This document shows positions 25,289-38,493 of a stretch of 64,000 nt of DNA, one piece after another (the first letter of the stretch is position 1; each line of letters begins with the position of its first letter). Source of the stretch: Rotaria socialis (lineage: Eukaryota); contig CAJNYD010000360.1 of assembly GCA_905331295.1 (NCBI GenBank), positions 1 to 64,000 of the forward strand, written 5' to 3'. Under the pieces are notes generated by a model. It worked only from the letters and a program-made list of their open reading frames with translations, made no database searches and was not told where the DNA came from. Made by a program: the position numbers and the translations under genes.

Positions 25289-25887
25289 ACTCAGAAAAAA
25301 AGGTGTCATACTGAGGGGTGTCCAAGGACTGAGGATTAGGAATCCCTCATCAGTTCCCCTACATTCCCTTGCATACTGAACGTAAAAATATGGAATAGTC
25401 ACGATAATTTTTGTTCTTACACTCATTTTCACTGGCAAAATTGGGAGAATCAATAATTTGATGCAAAAATTATTTTTAAAGCAGCAATATCGCGACTTTC
25501 GTGAATGGTGGAACTGTGAGGAAACCGATAGTTGATTCCCATTCCCTCTAGGAATTATTACAGCGACACTGGCAATTCCTCGGCACATTAGGAATTCCTA
25601 TTTCTCAGTCCTTGGACACTGCTGGAGATTTATATTACTTAAATCATATTCCGAAAATATAGTATCTTGGCTCAAGCCAGAACAATCTTTGGGAAAATGG
25701 CTCAGTATGAAAAACAATCGTGCAGGACAGATCCTTTTCAAACATCCGGAACTATTGAGGATCTGAGATAGTTTTTTAAACTAGCTAGAACCCTCGATGG
25801 TTTATTAATAAGCGAGTGAAACCTTAAAAGGCTCAGCATCTTGGCTAGAACCATAAACAGTTCCATATGACACCATTTTTTTCAGAT
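25289..25887. mobile_element. MITE (TCAGAAAAAAAGGTGTCATA-type TIR) inserted near the LTR end, itself containing a second MITE at ~25313-25624
   Basis: AAAAAAAGGTGTCATA pairs with TATGACACCATTTTTTT; inner GTGTCCAAGGACTGAG..TAGGAAT pairs with ATTCCTA..CTCAGTCCTTGGACAC. Confidence 0.75.
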
Positions 25888-25987
25888 TAGAACGTCACAC
25901 TCCCACATCAAAATCAGGCGCACTCCTGGACGTCTGTTAGTAACAACAAAAGAAGGACTCATGAATTAATCAGAGAAAAGATCACTA

Positions 25988-26222
25988 CCCAGGTCAATGA
26001 TTCCGGAGTACGGGAAAGCGCTGGAAAGTGGAAGCCGTATTCCGGTCTGGAGTTACCGAATTTTCTTCCGATGTATTCCGGTTAACTGCCAGCCGGCAAT
26101 CACAGGAAATTGACCGGAATCCACAGGAAAATAATCCGACTATTTCCGACCGGAATACTGCTTCCACTTTTCAGCGCTTTCCCGTGTTTTGCGGCTGTTT
26201 CCCGCGTCCCTCCATGACCTGG
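25988..26222. mobile_element. CCCAGG-terminated MITE flanked by TA
   Basis: TA|CCCAGGTCA ... TGACCTGG|TA; CCGG-rich, GC-richer interior; same terminal type as 2129-3779. Confidence 0.7.
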
Positions 26223-27320
26223 TACGAGAATACAAAAATTACGAGAAGAGAACTATGAGGCGACAAAAACAAACGACATATTTAGAGTTTGGCATGAGGT
26301 ACACATACAACATGCACAAACACATAATGCTATTAGTTATCATTTGATAAATATAATTCAAGTGCAAGAGTCGTTTTGATGAGACAAGGCACCAGGGCAT
26401 GGAACGGGACACCTCCAAAGCATTTCTGTTGACAACTGAATCGACTAGTCACTCAGCTACCTGGTTTCAGTTCATTGAAGAGGTGACAGGTCACAACCAT
26501 ATAACACCAGCACTTGCCATTTTAGATGTTGATCTCACCTGTAAGTTAACGTAGATCAATACGGTTGCGTTGTATATGTTTGTATGTGAAACGAGTGGAG
26601 AAAATGAACGAAGTGTCGAATCATAGAGTGAGTCGGGACGATACAGCACATTACGTACGAATATTATAAGGAAAATGCGTTGGGGCTACGCACATTGGGA
26701 TGGGACACAAGCTGCCCTTTATTACGTTCACTGATCTTCAGTACCACTACTGCTCACATCAGCAGTATTACTGTCCCTACACCATCTCCGTTAATTCGAC
26801 ATCTCGAACATAATCATCGTCGTCGTTTCATTTCCTGTTGTTCAAAATAAAAGATGATGTAAAGATCATGCTGTGAACCAAGATGAAGATGCTTGCCTTC
26901 GAACAGAGATGAGTAACAGGATCGATAGCCAGGGTAGCCAGTTGTGGCGATTTTACATACAAGAGATGCTTGTGCTGATGAAATTAAGCTTTATTTAGCT
27001 TCTTCATATCACAAATCACATCGTTTACATCCACAACACGCGTTTGTATGTGCAACCAAGAGAGAGAGAGAGAGAGAGAGAGAGCGTGAGAAGGAAAAGA
27101 TACAGCAAGAGAAAAAATATACATAACAATAGAAAGATGAGACTAACAGGAAAGATAATCATGGAAGATGATATATGTTCCTGTCAGCAGAATAAGAAAC
27201 AAGCTAATCTTAGTTACGAACGCGTAAATAACAAAAGATATGTTGAAGAGGAAAAGTCAGAAGATAAAAGGTGATGTATGAACACTTTCATCATAGAACG
27301 CCACACCCGTCAATGACAGA

Positions 27321-27875
27321 AGCTGCACACTAAGTTTAAATGTGTCGCATGTGTCATGATTTGCGACACAATGTACGACACATTCGAGTGCGACATATCA
27401 TCTCCAGCAATGGCACAACACATTCTGAAAACGGTTTTTTGAACCCACTAACCAATACATTTTTTATATTTTTATCAAAAAGATCATGATAATTTTTTCG
27501 ATTTTGGCCTATTGAACCGTTTTATTTCTGAAAACTCAAACACGTCAGATCTTAAGATCTGTCCGGTCTCGAGTCAATCCGGTTTTGACCAGACCATTTT
27601 CGGGTAGTACCACCTCGATCAATGACCAAGATAGGCATTCTTTCGACTAATTAATAATTGATAAAAAATCTAAAAAATGTTTAAATGAAAATGCATAGCT
27701 TTCGCATGTTCAATCGAGTTCTCTATACAAGGCCTTTTACGCAAAAGAAAGGGGTGAATCGATAGTCGGCATACAGAACAAGACAAATTTATTTTGCGAC
27801 ATATTTTCGGCACTGAACCTGCGCCACTATTACTTGCAACACATATATACGACACATTTTAATTTAGAGTCTGCT
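27321..27875. mobile_element. Degenerate MITE with GACACA subterminal repeats
   Basis: CTAAGTTTAAATGTGTCGCATGTGT (~27329) is an imperfect inverted match of ACATATATACGACACATTTTAATTTAG (~27841-27867). Confidence 0.5.
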
Positions 27876-28244
27876 GATAACACTCACAGTGAAATACATT
27901 TTTCTTTGATGACAACGAGTAATACCGTTTAGTAGAAAAATATGGCGAGCCAAACAACATTTAAACTAATAGCTGAATAAACGTTCGTACCGTTCTTTAT
28001 TATAGTTAAAATATAATCAAAGGTCGATGAACGAATCTATATAGAAGCTGCCGGAGTCGCTTCTTATCAGTCAAATTTTCTTTCATTCTATCGATTGATG
28101 AATATATCCATCAAAACTAGATATTGGTACATAACGAGTGGAAGTTCTGGAACGATTTTAAAAGTCATGGTTGTCCCATTCAACAAAAGCAAACTCAATG
28201 GAATTTCAGCAAATATTAGTACGTACTTCTTTCTATATACTGTC

Positions 28245-28863
28245 CAGAGACCGTCACAGGGCAGGGCAAAATTTTTTGCCCTGCGCCCTGATAATTTTTC
28301 CTATAAACTGATATACAGCAGATTTTTCAGTCGATTATACTGACATGGTGATGGATTATAATGTATGTCATTATGCGCCAGTCACTGTGAAATTTGTTGC
28401 TATGTCTAGTTCGGACAATACCAGTTTACTCATTTATTATCATATAATTCAATTATAAAAATGATGAGAATAAATGTGAAAGATTTACTCGATTTCTCAC
28501 TTATTCAAATTATATACATATTCAATTCGCCAGATCACGATAAGCGCATTATTTTTGCAGTGAACTGATTTTTTTGATAATCTTAATTGCCGTTTGCTAC
28601 TCATATTTAATTATGCTTTAAGCGCATATCTATATTTTCTCGAATATAAATAAATAAAATATGAGTACTTTACTTTTCAGTGGTCACAACACTTTCATTT
28701 AGTCTTTACCTTTTTCAATATTTCAGTTCAATTTATAATCATGCCCTGCCCTGCCCTGAGACAGGGCAAGGCAGGGCAGAGCAGGGCAGGATATAGCAGG
28801 GCGCAGGACATGGCAGGGCACAGGGCAGGACAGGGCAAAAAAGTTGCCCTGTGACGGTCTCGG
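28245..28863. mobile_element. hAT-type MITE
   Basis: TIR CAGAGACCGTCACAGGGCA / TGCCCTGTGACGGTCTCGG; 8-bp TSD ATACTGTC vs ATACCGTC (7/8); CAGGG subterminal repeats at 28742-28837. Confidence 0.9.
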
Positions 28864-30374
28864 ATACCGTCAAAGTTTGAAGTCTCTAGCTTTTACTATC
28901 GATGAGAACTCTTAGCAATATTGTCATGTACTATTTTTACGATTTAATAGTAGCGAAAATTCGCTATAAGAATGCTAGAAAAGTGTTGTTTCCAGGGTCT
29001 GTTTTGGCAGCACGTGTCAAAGCATAATTTCTTTCTTTTAAAGAATACTCTTTGAACCCATCGATAAACAAAATAGCCAAGTGACTTTTTTCATGAAACC
29101 ACTCTTGTTCGATCATTCGCGCAAAATTGGATATACATTTTCTAGCTAGCCTCTGAAGTGTTGTGGTTTTTGAGAAAATTAATTTCGTTTTAAAGTGATA
29201 CCATCATTATGTACTTCGCAAGCAATTGTGTGATTTTGTAAACGTCGTGCAATTTGCCAAATTCCATTGCATAGGGTGTGGTGTGATTGCTCATGAGAAA
29301 AATATCAGCACCCAACATCCCCAGCTACAATAGAAAAAAATCTGGGCATCTCAAGCACATCATGATCGCTCTTCTTTTACAATCTTTGGTGCACAAGATT
29401 GATTGATTGCCATCGTCGTGATGTGAATAGTTACAAGAGTTGGCAAATGCTGGCGAATGAAATGAAAATAAGCAAAAAACGACGCGTTTTATGTTACGCA
29501 AATAAGGGATTCATATTGGAGATTTATTTTAAAAAAAGAATCCAAACTATCAGGAAGAAAAAACATTCTGGTTGAAATAAACTGCTTACAGTAGACAATC
29601 TAACTACTCGATACATTAAGAGATCAAGCATTTCTGTTTTGCTAAACTTCCAATAGATATATTGTATAATGCTCAGAAATTTCTTCAGTTATATTTATTG
29701 TTACAATTTTTTATTCCTAAAAGTATTGTTCGAAATTGAAAGCATCAGTAAACTCGAAGACGAGTTGTCTGGTTGATTTTTTCAAAGTTTTGGTTCCTTT
29801 CGTTTGCAGCTGGGGAACATTGATTTTTGCCTCTTTCTATTCTTGTTTGTTGTTTTCTTCAAATTCTTTTCAAAGAAGTACTCTATTGAGAAGCATCTAG
29901 CATATCAATAGGAAAACATGTACGAATGTCATAGGCGGCAAAAAGTAAATAAAAAAACTCCTGATTCTCTAAAGAAATTATTATCATATGAAATAGAGAA
30001 ATCAACACAGTTAATAGTATGTGAATGTTTTTCAAAACAATTTGTTTCTATCTAAACAGAAATGAGAAAAACGAAAAGAATTTTGTTATCAAATGAATAT
30101 AGACATCAAATATATTCTTATTTTTCAGATAATGAATAAACACTTTAAGATCATCGACATATTAGATATATTTTATATAAAATTATGATGAAGTATTTCC
30201 TATAATCAAACGATACCCATAAAGAAAGATCTATCTATGGGTGTATATGCGAAATAAGCACATCCACATTCTCAAGATAGATAGGTTTTTACTTTTATGT
30301 TCTCGATATTTCTCTTGGAATTTGTTCACACCCTCAAATAAATATACGTATATATATCTATGTCATTTTAGCAG

Positions 30375-33061
30375 ATGTCACTCAATATCAATACAGTGCT
30401 TCATGAGCGGTTAGGTGCACAATAAATATGGCGAAGATGAAAGAAAAGATATATTTATTATTTAGACATGATTCAGAACGAACAAGAATGAAAAAAGGTT
30501 CGGTGTTTGCTAATAAGAAAGGTCCTTTAGGAAACGGATTTGGCACACCAATTAATAGCTCATCTACATCATCCTCTCTTTTTGATAATAGTCTTCAACA
30601 ACAGCACCCATTAGGATCTGGTCGAAATTGGCAAGCAACACCAACCAATACACGTCGATTACCACCTCCTCTTCATCATCATCTACATTCGTCGAATTCA
30701 TCAACAAGTATACGAGCATATACGATGGCTCCTACTACTATTCTCAGTACAAATACGCCTAATACGAGTAGAGTCAAACCATATACAATGCAAAGTCTTG
30801 TAGAAACTCTCAATGAAGTAAAGAACAATAGTCTTCTCTGTTTTCTTCTTCATTTTTGTCTCTTACACCTTTAGTTACTTGCTGAACTTGCTATTCCTCA
30901 TTCGATGCGTTATGAAACAAAATATGGTTTTGAAGATATTCTTACTGTTCTCGATGTATGTCGCGTATTTTGTTTTGAATTTCATCTATACATAATTGTT
31001 TCTCTATAAACAGCATCTAACAAATCCATCTCGGTATGAAAATCAACGTTTTCAACCATATCCACCTGCACCTCAACCAATAAAACCAGGCGGAAAAGTT
31101 TCATTGACAGATCGCTGGGCATATCTAAAACATGTTCTACTGACATATCGTCTTTCGACTGTTGAACAACTCACACGGATTAAACCAGAACGTTCAATGT
31201 CAACTGAAAATATTATGATTATGATTGAATTATTAATTCAATTAACAAAATGTATTATTAAAAGTGAACAAGAACAAGAACGTATATTAGGAAATAATTA
31301 TTTAAGAGAATTTAAATTATTAATGCGTCAAATGTTTTGGATTGGTCGACATGATCCAGCTGTGATGGAAGAATCTATGTATGAATTAAGACATCATATT
31401 TATGCTAAAGATAATCTTGAAATAGTTGATAAATTAAAACATGAAACACAAATGAATGAAATGGCTATGGAACGTGATCAACTTAAACAACAAGTAGAAC
31501 TTTTTTGTTTGTGTTTTTAAATCTGAACTGTTCGAATATTTAGTATGAAATATTAAAATCAAATCGTAATGAGCTTGAACATGAATCTTCGATGTTAACA
31601 GCATCAAATGAAAATGATCTTATTGAGTTTAGAAAAAAACAAGAAGAAATATCAGACGAACAAGCTAAACTACTTGAATTAACGCAAATTGTTGAACAAA
31701 AAGGTTAGAGAATGATTTGCTTTTTTAAATCCAGTCATGTTTATGTTCGTTACGAACTTTTAGAAATGGATAAAAAACATTTAACTGATCGTAATCAATC
31801 ATTATCAGATCGACTTTTTTCTCAACAAACCGATGCTGAATTACAACGGCATATTCGTTCGAATGGTGAACTTAAACAACAACATGAAGTTCTACTGTCT
31901 ACATTACTTCTTGAACAACAATTACACTCAACAGCAACTAATGAGCATAAACGATTTGTCAAAGAAGTACGTTTGACTTCTTCAAATCTCAGGAAGCAAA
32001 AATTGATTCTGTCTTTTAGTTACAAGAATCACTTGCTAAATATCAAACATTACTTAGTACATATAAACATAAAGCACCTCGACCACCACCGCCTACTGTT
32101 GATTTTTATTTGAGTGATATTATTGGTGATACAACATCGATTGTAGATAATGACTCGGTAAAGCAAGCTCAAATAGCAATTGAAAATTTAACAAAAGAAA
32201 TCCTGGCTCAAGAAATTTTATTGACTCAACGTCATCGAGATCTTGAACAGGAGTCAAAAAAAGTAATTGAACTGTTTTGATTTTTTTTAATGACGGTAGA
32301 AAATGATTCTCTTTAGAAAATTGAAGAACTCCAATCAGCTGAACGTGAATGGAAATCAGCAACTAAAAATGGTCAACGACGAGCAGCCCAACAGAATGAA
32401 TTAAGTCGTTTTCAACAAGAAATCCGTCTTGTACGCACAAAAATTCTTGAAATTGAACGAAAAATTGAAGAAAAGAAAAGTTCAACAATTGAACTAAAAA
32501 AAGATTTCGAACAGGTGATTTCTTTTCCTCTCTAAAAAAATTCAATTCTATCATTATTTTCATATTTAGATAAAATCAGGCATTATTGAGCTTGTATCCC
32601 GTTTCGAATTCTTAGAAACAAATTATTTGAATAAAGAAGAAGAACTTCGAGGTGAATTATCATGGTTTCTATTCGATCAAACGCAATTAGCAAAAACATT
32701 TCGACGTGATATTGACGACTTGAAACGTATACAACAAGAGCATATGTGCAAATTAGATACAAATTTACTAGCATCATCTTTCAATGATCTTATGCAACAA
32801 CAAGTCAATAAATATTATCATTATAGACATTTAGAAGATGATGACGACGATGAAGATGAAGAACCAGAATTTATTAATAAATTCAATCAAATACATGACG
32901 AACATGTTTCATGGTTGAAAAAGAAAAAGAAAAACGCAAAGATTACAACGTCAATAGTCGAACGATTTCGTATGTTATATAATCATCTACGTTTTATTCT
33001 TACGTGTTCTTTTTGTTTAGACGAACTCTATGATCACGTGCACGTGCTTGATAAGAACTGA
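30375..33061 (+). CDS. Multi-exon coiled-coil protein, probably a divergent kinetochore Ndc80/Hec1
   Basis: Basic S/T/P-rich tail; helical domain ending ENIMIMIELLIQLTKCII (~Hec1 PHIVAALVWLIDCIK); long coiled coil interrupted by LQESLAKYQTLLSTYK...VDFYL (~IETQLAEYHKLARKLK...YDFEI loop). Gene existence is firmer than the family call. Confidence 0.55.
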
Positions 33062-33199
33062 TTTTTTTTCTCCTATAGTCAAATATTTACCTATTTTATA
33101 CACTCTCTAATCTCTCTTTTTTGTTTACATATTTTCAGTAACTTTGTCAGATAATTTTATTTATTTCGTATATTATTTTCTTCGCGAGTTTTAGAGTGT

Positions 33200-36098
33200 A
33201 TGAGTACATTAAATTTTGTAGTTGTGACAGGTATTTCAACGTCTAATTAAATCGAACGAATAATTGAATGTAAATATTTCAGTGAGTACCACTTGTTATG
33301 ATGATCCAACGAAAGATCGTTCAGGACCAGCACTTATTAAATATCTGACAGATAAATCCAATGGAAAGTATGTTTCTTCGAACGATTAAAATTAACGAAT
33401 CTATTACTCTGTTCAGTATTCAATGGATACATCTCGCCTCGACAGTTGTTCCTGACAAGCAGACACATCTCAAAGTCTTTATCTTTTAAATGTTAAGTTG
33501 ATCTGGTTTATGTTTTTCATCTAGGAAACATTGTTGAAATTGTGTGATGAATTACAACCAAATTTAATATTGACAACTGGTGGAACGGGAATCAGCCCCG
33601 ATGATATTACACCAGAAGTATGTGTGTTTGTTCTTTTTATTTTATTTAATTGACTCACTTTTGCTTTAGGCGACACGTGAAGTTATTACGAAGGAAATTC
33701 CTGGTCTAGCACAAACAATGATTGCGAAGTCATTAGCAATTACTCACATGGCAATGCTTTCGAGGTGATATTTATTCGAAAGATTTTATATTTACATTCA
33801 TTCTGTCTAGACCAGTATGTGGCGTTTATCAACAAACATTAATCATCAATCTACCCGGTAGTATTAAANACATGGCAATGCTTTCGAGGTGATATTTATT
33901 CGAAAGATTTTATATTTACATTCATTCTGTCTAGACCAGTATGTGGCGTTTATCAACAAACATTAATCATCAATCTACCCGGTAGTATCAAAGGATGTGT
34001 AGTGCGTATTAGACTTTCGTATATGAGCTGAGTTATATTTCTTTCCGTTGAAGGAATGCTTGGATTTCGTTTATCCAGTTTTACGACATGCAACAGATTT
34101 GATTCAAAATCGACGTGTTGAAGTAGCTATGATTCATTCTACTATGCAACCAAAAGTTAGATAATTGATCCATTGTCTACAGTATGAATAACATTGGAAA
34201 ATTTTGTCTTTTTTTTTCTAGACAAATAGAAAACATCATTCATGTGGTGAACATCACCATCATCAGCATGGTATAGATTATAGACATGAATGATGTTTTA
34301 AAATCAAATTTTATTAATTTTAGTGGAGTCAACGATGAAAGGTGAACGATTACGTCAATCTCCATTTCCGATGATATCTATGGATGATGCAATGAAGATT
34401 ATTTTTGAACAAGCCTATAAAATGTCAATAATTGATAAGCCTCTGACTGGTAATAGTAATCAATAATTTTGAAATAAATTCAATTGTTCTTTTAGAATGT
34501 TTAAATTATATATGTGCTGAAGATATCTATGCTAAAGAACCATTTCCACCTTTTCGAGCATCGATTAAAGATGGTTATGCTATTCGACTGTATTCTGATC
34601 GATCTCATGAACAAATCTATGAAGTTATTGGACGTTCAGATGCAGGAGGAGACGATGTAAGTCAGAAAACAATATTGAATTATATTGTTTGAATTCTCAA
34701 ACTCTTTTAACTTAGATTAATACACCACTTATCGAAGGTCAATGTGTAGTGATTAATACCGGTGCTAAATTACCCGATACTGCTAATGCTGTTATTCAAA
34801 TTGAAGATACACAAGTTCATGAACGACATGCAACTAAACAGAATGGGTTAGATGAGAAAAGTATTCGTATTGTTTCTGACTGTTCATTGAATCAAGATAT
34901 TAGGTATGTATATAATTTGCATTTTGTAAAAATATCTTAGGTATATTTATGTGCTGTTTAGAGATATTGGTGATGATGTTCAGATGGGTGAACTTGTTCT
35001 ACAAAAGAACGTTCCTTTGGGACCTGCTGAACTAGGTTTACTTGTTACAGTTGGACTACAAACAATACATGTTTATGATAAACCACGTGTAGTCGTTCTC
35101 TCAACTGGCAATGAAGTTCGTTGAGAAAATGAATGTTTCCTATTGCATCTGTTTAATAAATTTTTAGTTAATGCCAATTGATGCTCCATCAACTGCGAGT
35201 GGGAAAATTCGCGATAGTAATAAAATCATGCTGATGAGTGCATTAAAAGATTTAAATATACAACATGCTATTGACGGTGGTACAGCAAAAGATGAGTTAG
35301 TATATACTTTCAGTGTGGTGTTATAGATCATATGAAACTCGATTCTAGTGAAACATCTGCTATTCAAACATTAGAATCAGCTTTTGAATTAGCTGATATT
35401 GTTATTTCAACTGGTGGCGTTTCTATGGGTGATAAGGTATGAAGAGAAAAATAAAAGCCGATCGTTTTTCATCCATAATTCATATAGGATCTTATTAAAT
35501 CCATATTAACAAATAGATTTAATGCGACAATTCATTTTGGTCGTCTACAAATGAAACCTGGCAAGCCGACTACTTTCGCTACATGTGAAGTCAATGGAAA
35601 GAAAAAACTATTCTTTGGATTACCAGGTGATTATAGGACAAAGAAAAACAAGAGGTATTCTCATAGGAATTTTGTTTTCTCATGTTTACAGGTAACCCCG
35701 TATCAGCTTTAGTTTCGTATTGGTTACTTGTTGTTCCAACTCTTAAACATATGATGGGACATATAGAACCGCATCATCCAATCATTCGTGTACAGGTATA
35801 AATACTTGCATTAATATACGAAATTTTTTATTTGATCATTTAGCTTAATCAACCCATTGACTATCTTGATCTACGACCTGAATATATCCGTGTCATTATT
35901 GAATGGTCAACAAAATCGTCCGTTCCCATAGCACGCATTGTTTCACCAGATAATCAATGTAGTTCACGTTTACTCAGTGCTCGACGTTGTACAGGTTTAG
36001 TACGTTTACCAAGCAAAACTGATGCTGATCCATCATTTTTTAATACTAAACAAGATGGTTATGGTCAACAAGTTGACTGTTTACTTTTATCATTGTAG
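33200..36098 (+). CDS. GPHN: Gephyrin (MogA-like G domain + MoeA-like E domain; molybdenum cofactor synthesis)
   Basis: [96 protein letters not shown]; many short introns. Confidence 0.93.
33746..33992 (+). other. 123-bp tandem duplication joined by a single N; likely an assembly overlap artifact inside gephyrin
   Basis: 33746-33868 is repeated at 33870-33992 with N at 33869 and one visible substitution (ATT/ATC). Confidence 0.85.
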
Positions 36099-36262
36099 CT
36101 GATCAAAACAAAAACATGAATTTCTTTTGTTCTCTGAATAATATCAGTCAATTTTTTAATGTTAATAAACTGTTGCTGTTTTCGAAAGAAATTTAAAATA
36201 AAAGAACGCAAGAAAAGACAGAAAAAATGTTTTTTGTTTTTGGACAAACAGTTGGATAGGTC

Positions 36263-38281
36263 TTAAGATCGAAATCCACCGACTAACAATGATAAATATG
36301 CTGATAGTGCATTTGCATTAAGCATGTTCATATTAACTAGATTGTTCGGATTTATTAAAGCATTATTATTCATATTATAACCATTCGAATTTATATTTGT
36401 ATTCGAAAGTTTTAATCCAATTGGAAGACGTGATGTTGTTGGATATTTATTTGTATTAAAACACATAGAGGACAATCGTTGATTATTATTTGATAGTACT
36501 TTTAAGCTCATGGCTTTTTTAATATTTTCTTCGAATAAGATCGTACCTTTTGCTTTTGATAAATGTGTTGAATCTTCAAAACAACCACGAATATCATGTG
36601 AAATATTTGCATGAGAAATGACGAAAACTTTCAATTCAGGTGATGCCATAGCTGAAAAATGAATGGAAAAAAAAGAATAGAAACCAGATTAAACTATCTA
36701 ACGAACCTTGTAATAAATAATTCAATTTTTCTGTTTTTATTCGACTTTCATCATTGGATTGCCGAGGAAAAATAAGTGAAATATAAACTTCTGATTGTGG
36801 ACTAAACGTTTTGGTTGTTACAATTAATTCTTTGATTTGTTCACTAACTTCTTGTTCGCTTAATTTATCACGATTAAGATCATTTGCACCAACATGAAAC
36901 ATACTTAAATATTCCAACGTATTTATACATAAATAAAATCAATCAATTGCAGTAGACTTACATTTTCTTTGTGCCAATAAAACGAGTTGTTTGAATAAAT
37001 TCGAGAGCTTGTGCCACACGTTTACCACGCTAGAAAGCAAAAATCATTGCCGGTGTTTCAAATAGCGACTTTCGATTCTTTTTCGTATTTCATCATACAG
37101 AGTCTGAGACCTCTACAGAGATAACATCAATTTACCATTGTTTTAATGTAAGTTTTTCTTTCGATATCAAATCGAGCTGGATCAAGATATTTCAATGTTG
37201 AATCACCAATTAGAACATTTTCAAATGTGAGCGTTCGTTCTGCTCGATATTTTAATGCATTGCTCATTGTTGATTGATTACAATCAAGATTTTTACTGGT
37301 TCGTCCATTTGAATTATTACTATCAATTACAATATGATTATTATTTTGAGCCATCGTATAGTTACATGTTGAACTATTCGATGATAAATCTAAAGGCAAG
37401 AGAGAGAGAGAGAGATATAGGGAAGAAAAGAACTCGTAGAACAGATCGTTCGTCTACTGAAATTGATTACCAATATTTTCATTATTTATTGTTGTTGATT
37501 TAGTATTATCGGTCGTTATTATTGAGTTGATTTTTGATGATGTCAATTGTTCTGTGATAGCTATTTCACTTAATCTTCGTTGAACATATTCACAAATTTT
37601 CGATTCCATTGTATTTTCAAGATTAAGTACTTCATAGATAAGAAGAGTTAATTGTTGTCGAAGTTTAGAACAATTTTCACATTGATTAGTATTATTTATT
37701 GTTGAATCGCCGCCTCCATGAGATTCACCACCTGTAACTGTACTTAATGGATCTTGAATGACATTTGCTAACGCAGCATGAACAGCTTGGCTAAGCGACG
37801 ATGTACCTCCCAAATGGCATGACGATGGCGAAGGCAAGTCTGCAATCAGAGAGAATAAAAGACTCACATAGACAACTATTATAAAACTTTCGAATGTTCA
37901 CTTTTGGCAGGTACTCATCTATGGATCATGTCATATATTCGCGATTGAGGCACTGATGTCTGCTATGATCAAAACGTTATTCAATTTAATATTTAGATAG
38001 ATGGATTCTCTACATCCCGAATCTGAGAACATGTAATCTAAAAACAACAATGAAATCTGCATCCTGTATTTTTGTCTTACTAATATTCACACAAACAACG
38101 ACTATCTAAGCAAGAATCTACTCGTTGTACCTCGATGTTCTGTTAAGAATTTTTTTGTTAAACTTGAATCAATTTGTTGATGATTTTCATTAATTATCGA
38201 ATTAGTTGATTTCACGGTTGCAAACGCATTTTGATTTTGATTTAAATTATTATCTTCTGATGAATTAAGTATCGTAGACAT
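36263..38281 (-). CDS. Intron-containing coiled-coil + SGNH-hydrolase-fold protein (CR1/L2 ORF1 esterase-like); 5' exon uncertain
   Basis: Block I VLIGDS, block II MRGKR, block III FHVGANDL, YISLIFPR, block V EDSTHL; upstream CENC plus heptad LRQQLTLLIYEVLNLE; phase-consistent GT-AG introns, three of them inside the SGNH domain. Confidence 0.75.
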
Positions 38282-38493
38282 AATCGTTCGAAAGAGATAA
38301 ATATGAATAGAAGAGAATAATGTTTAATTGTGTATCGAATATTTACTTTTAATTTTCTAAGATAGATCGAGATAGACTCGCGTAGAACAGAATGAATTAG
38401 AGAATGTTTTTAACGCGCGATTTTTAATGAGTTTTATTTTACTATAAAAGAAAAACAGAACAACAACAACAGCAGCAACAACAATAACAATAA

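Larger units (their letters stand above)
24027..27305 (-). mobile_element. Non-autonomous LTR retroelement (TRIM/LARD-like): LTRs 26943-27305 and 24027-25899 (the latter interrupted twice)
   Basis: ~360-bp direct repeats with TGTG(A/G)CG...CG(T/C)CACA ends. Flanks CGCGT/CCCGT give a 4/5 match to a 5-bp TSD. PBS-like TGGCTACCCTGG lies 2 nt after the 5' LTR; purine-rich GTGGGAG precedes the 3' LTR. No intact internal ORF. Confidence 0.75.

Noticed and set aside
24028..27274. Paired similar short ORFs (24028/24865/26944 and 25011/27044)
   Set aside because: They result from TIR and LTR repeats, not genes.
33746..33992. Apparent exon duplication in gephyrin
   Set aside because: Copies are joined by a single N and are nearly identical, typical of an unmerged contig overlap.
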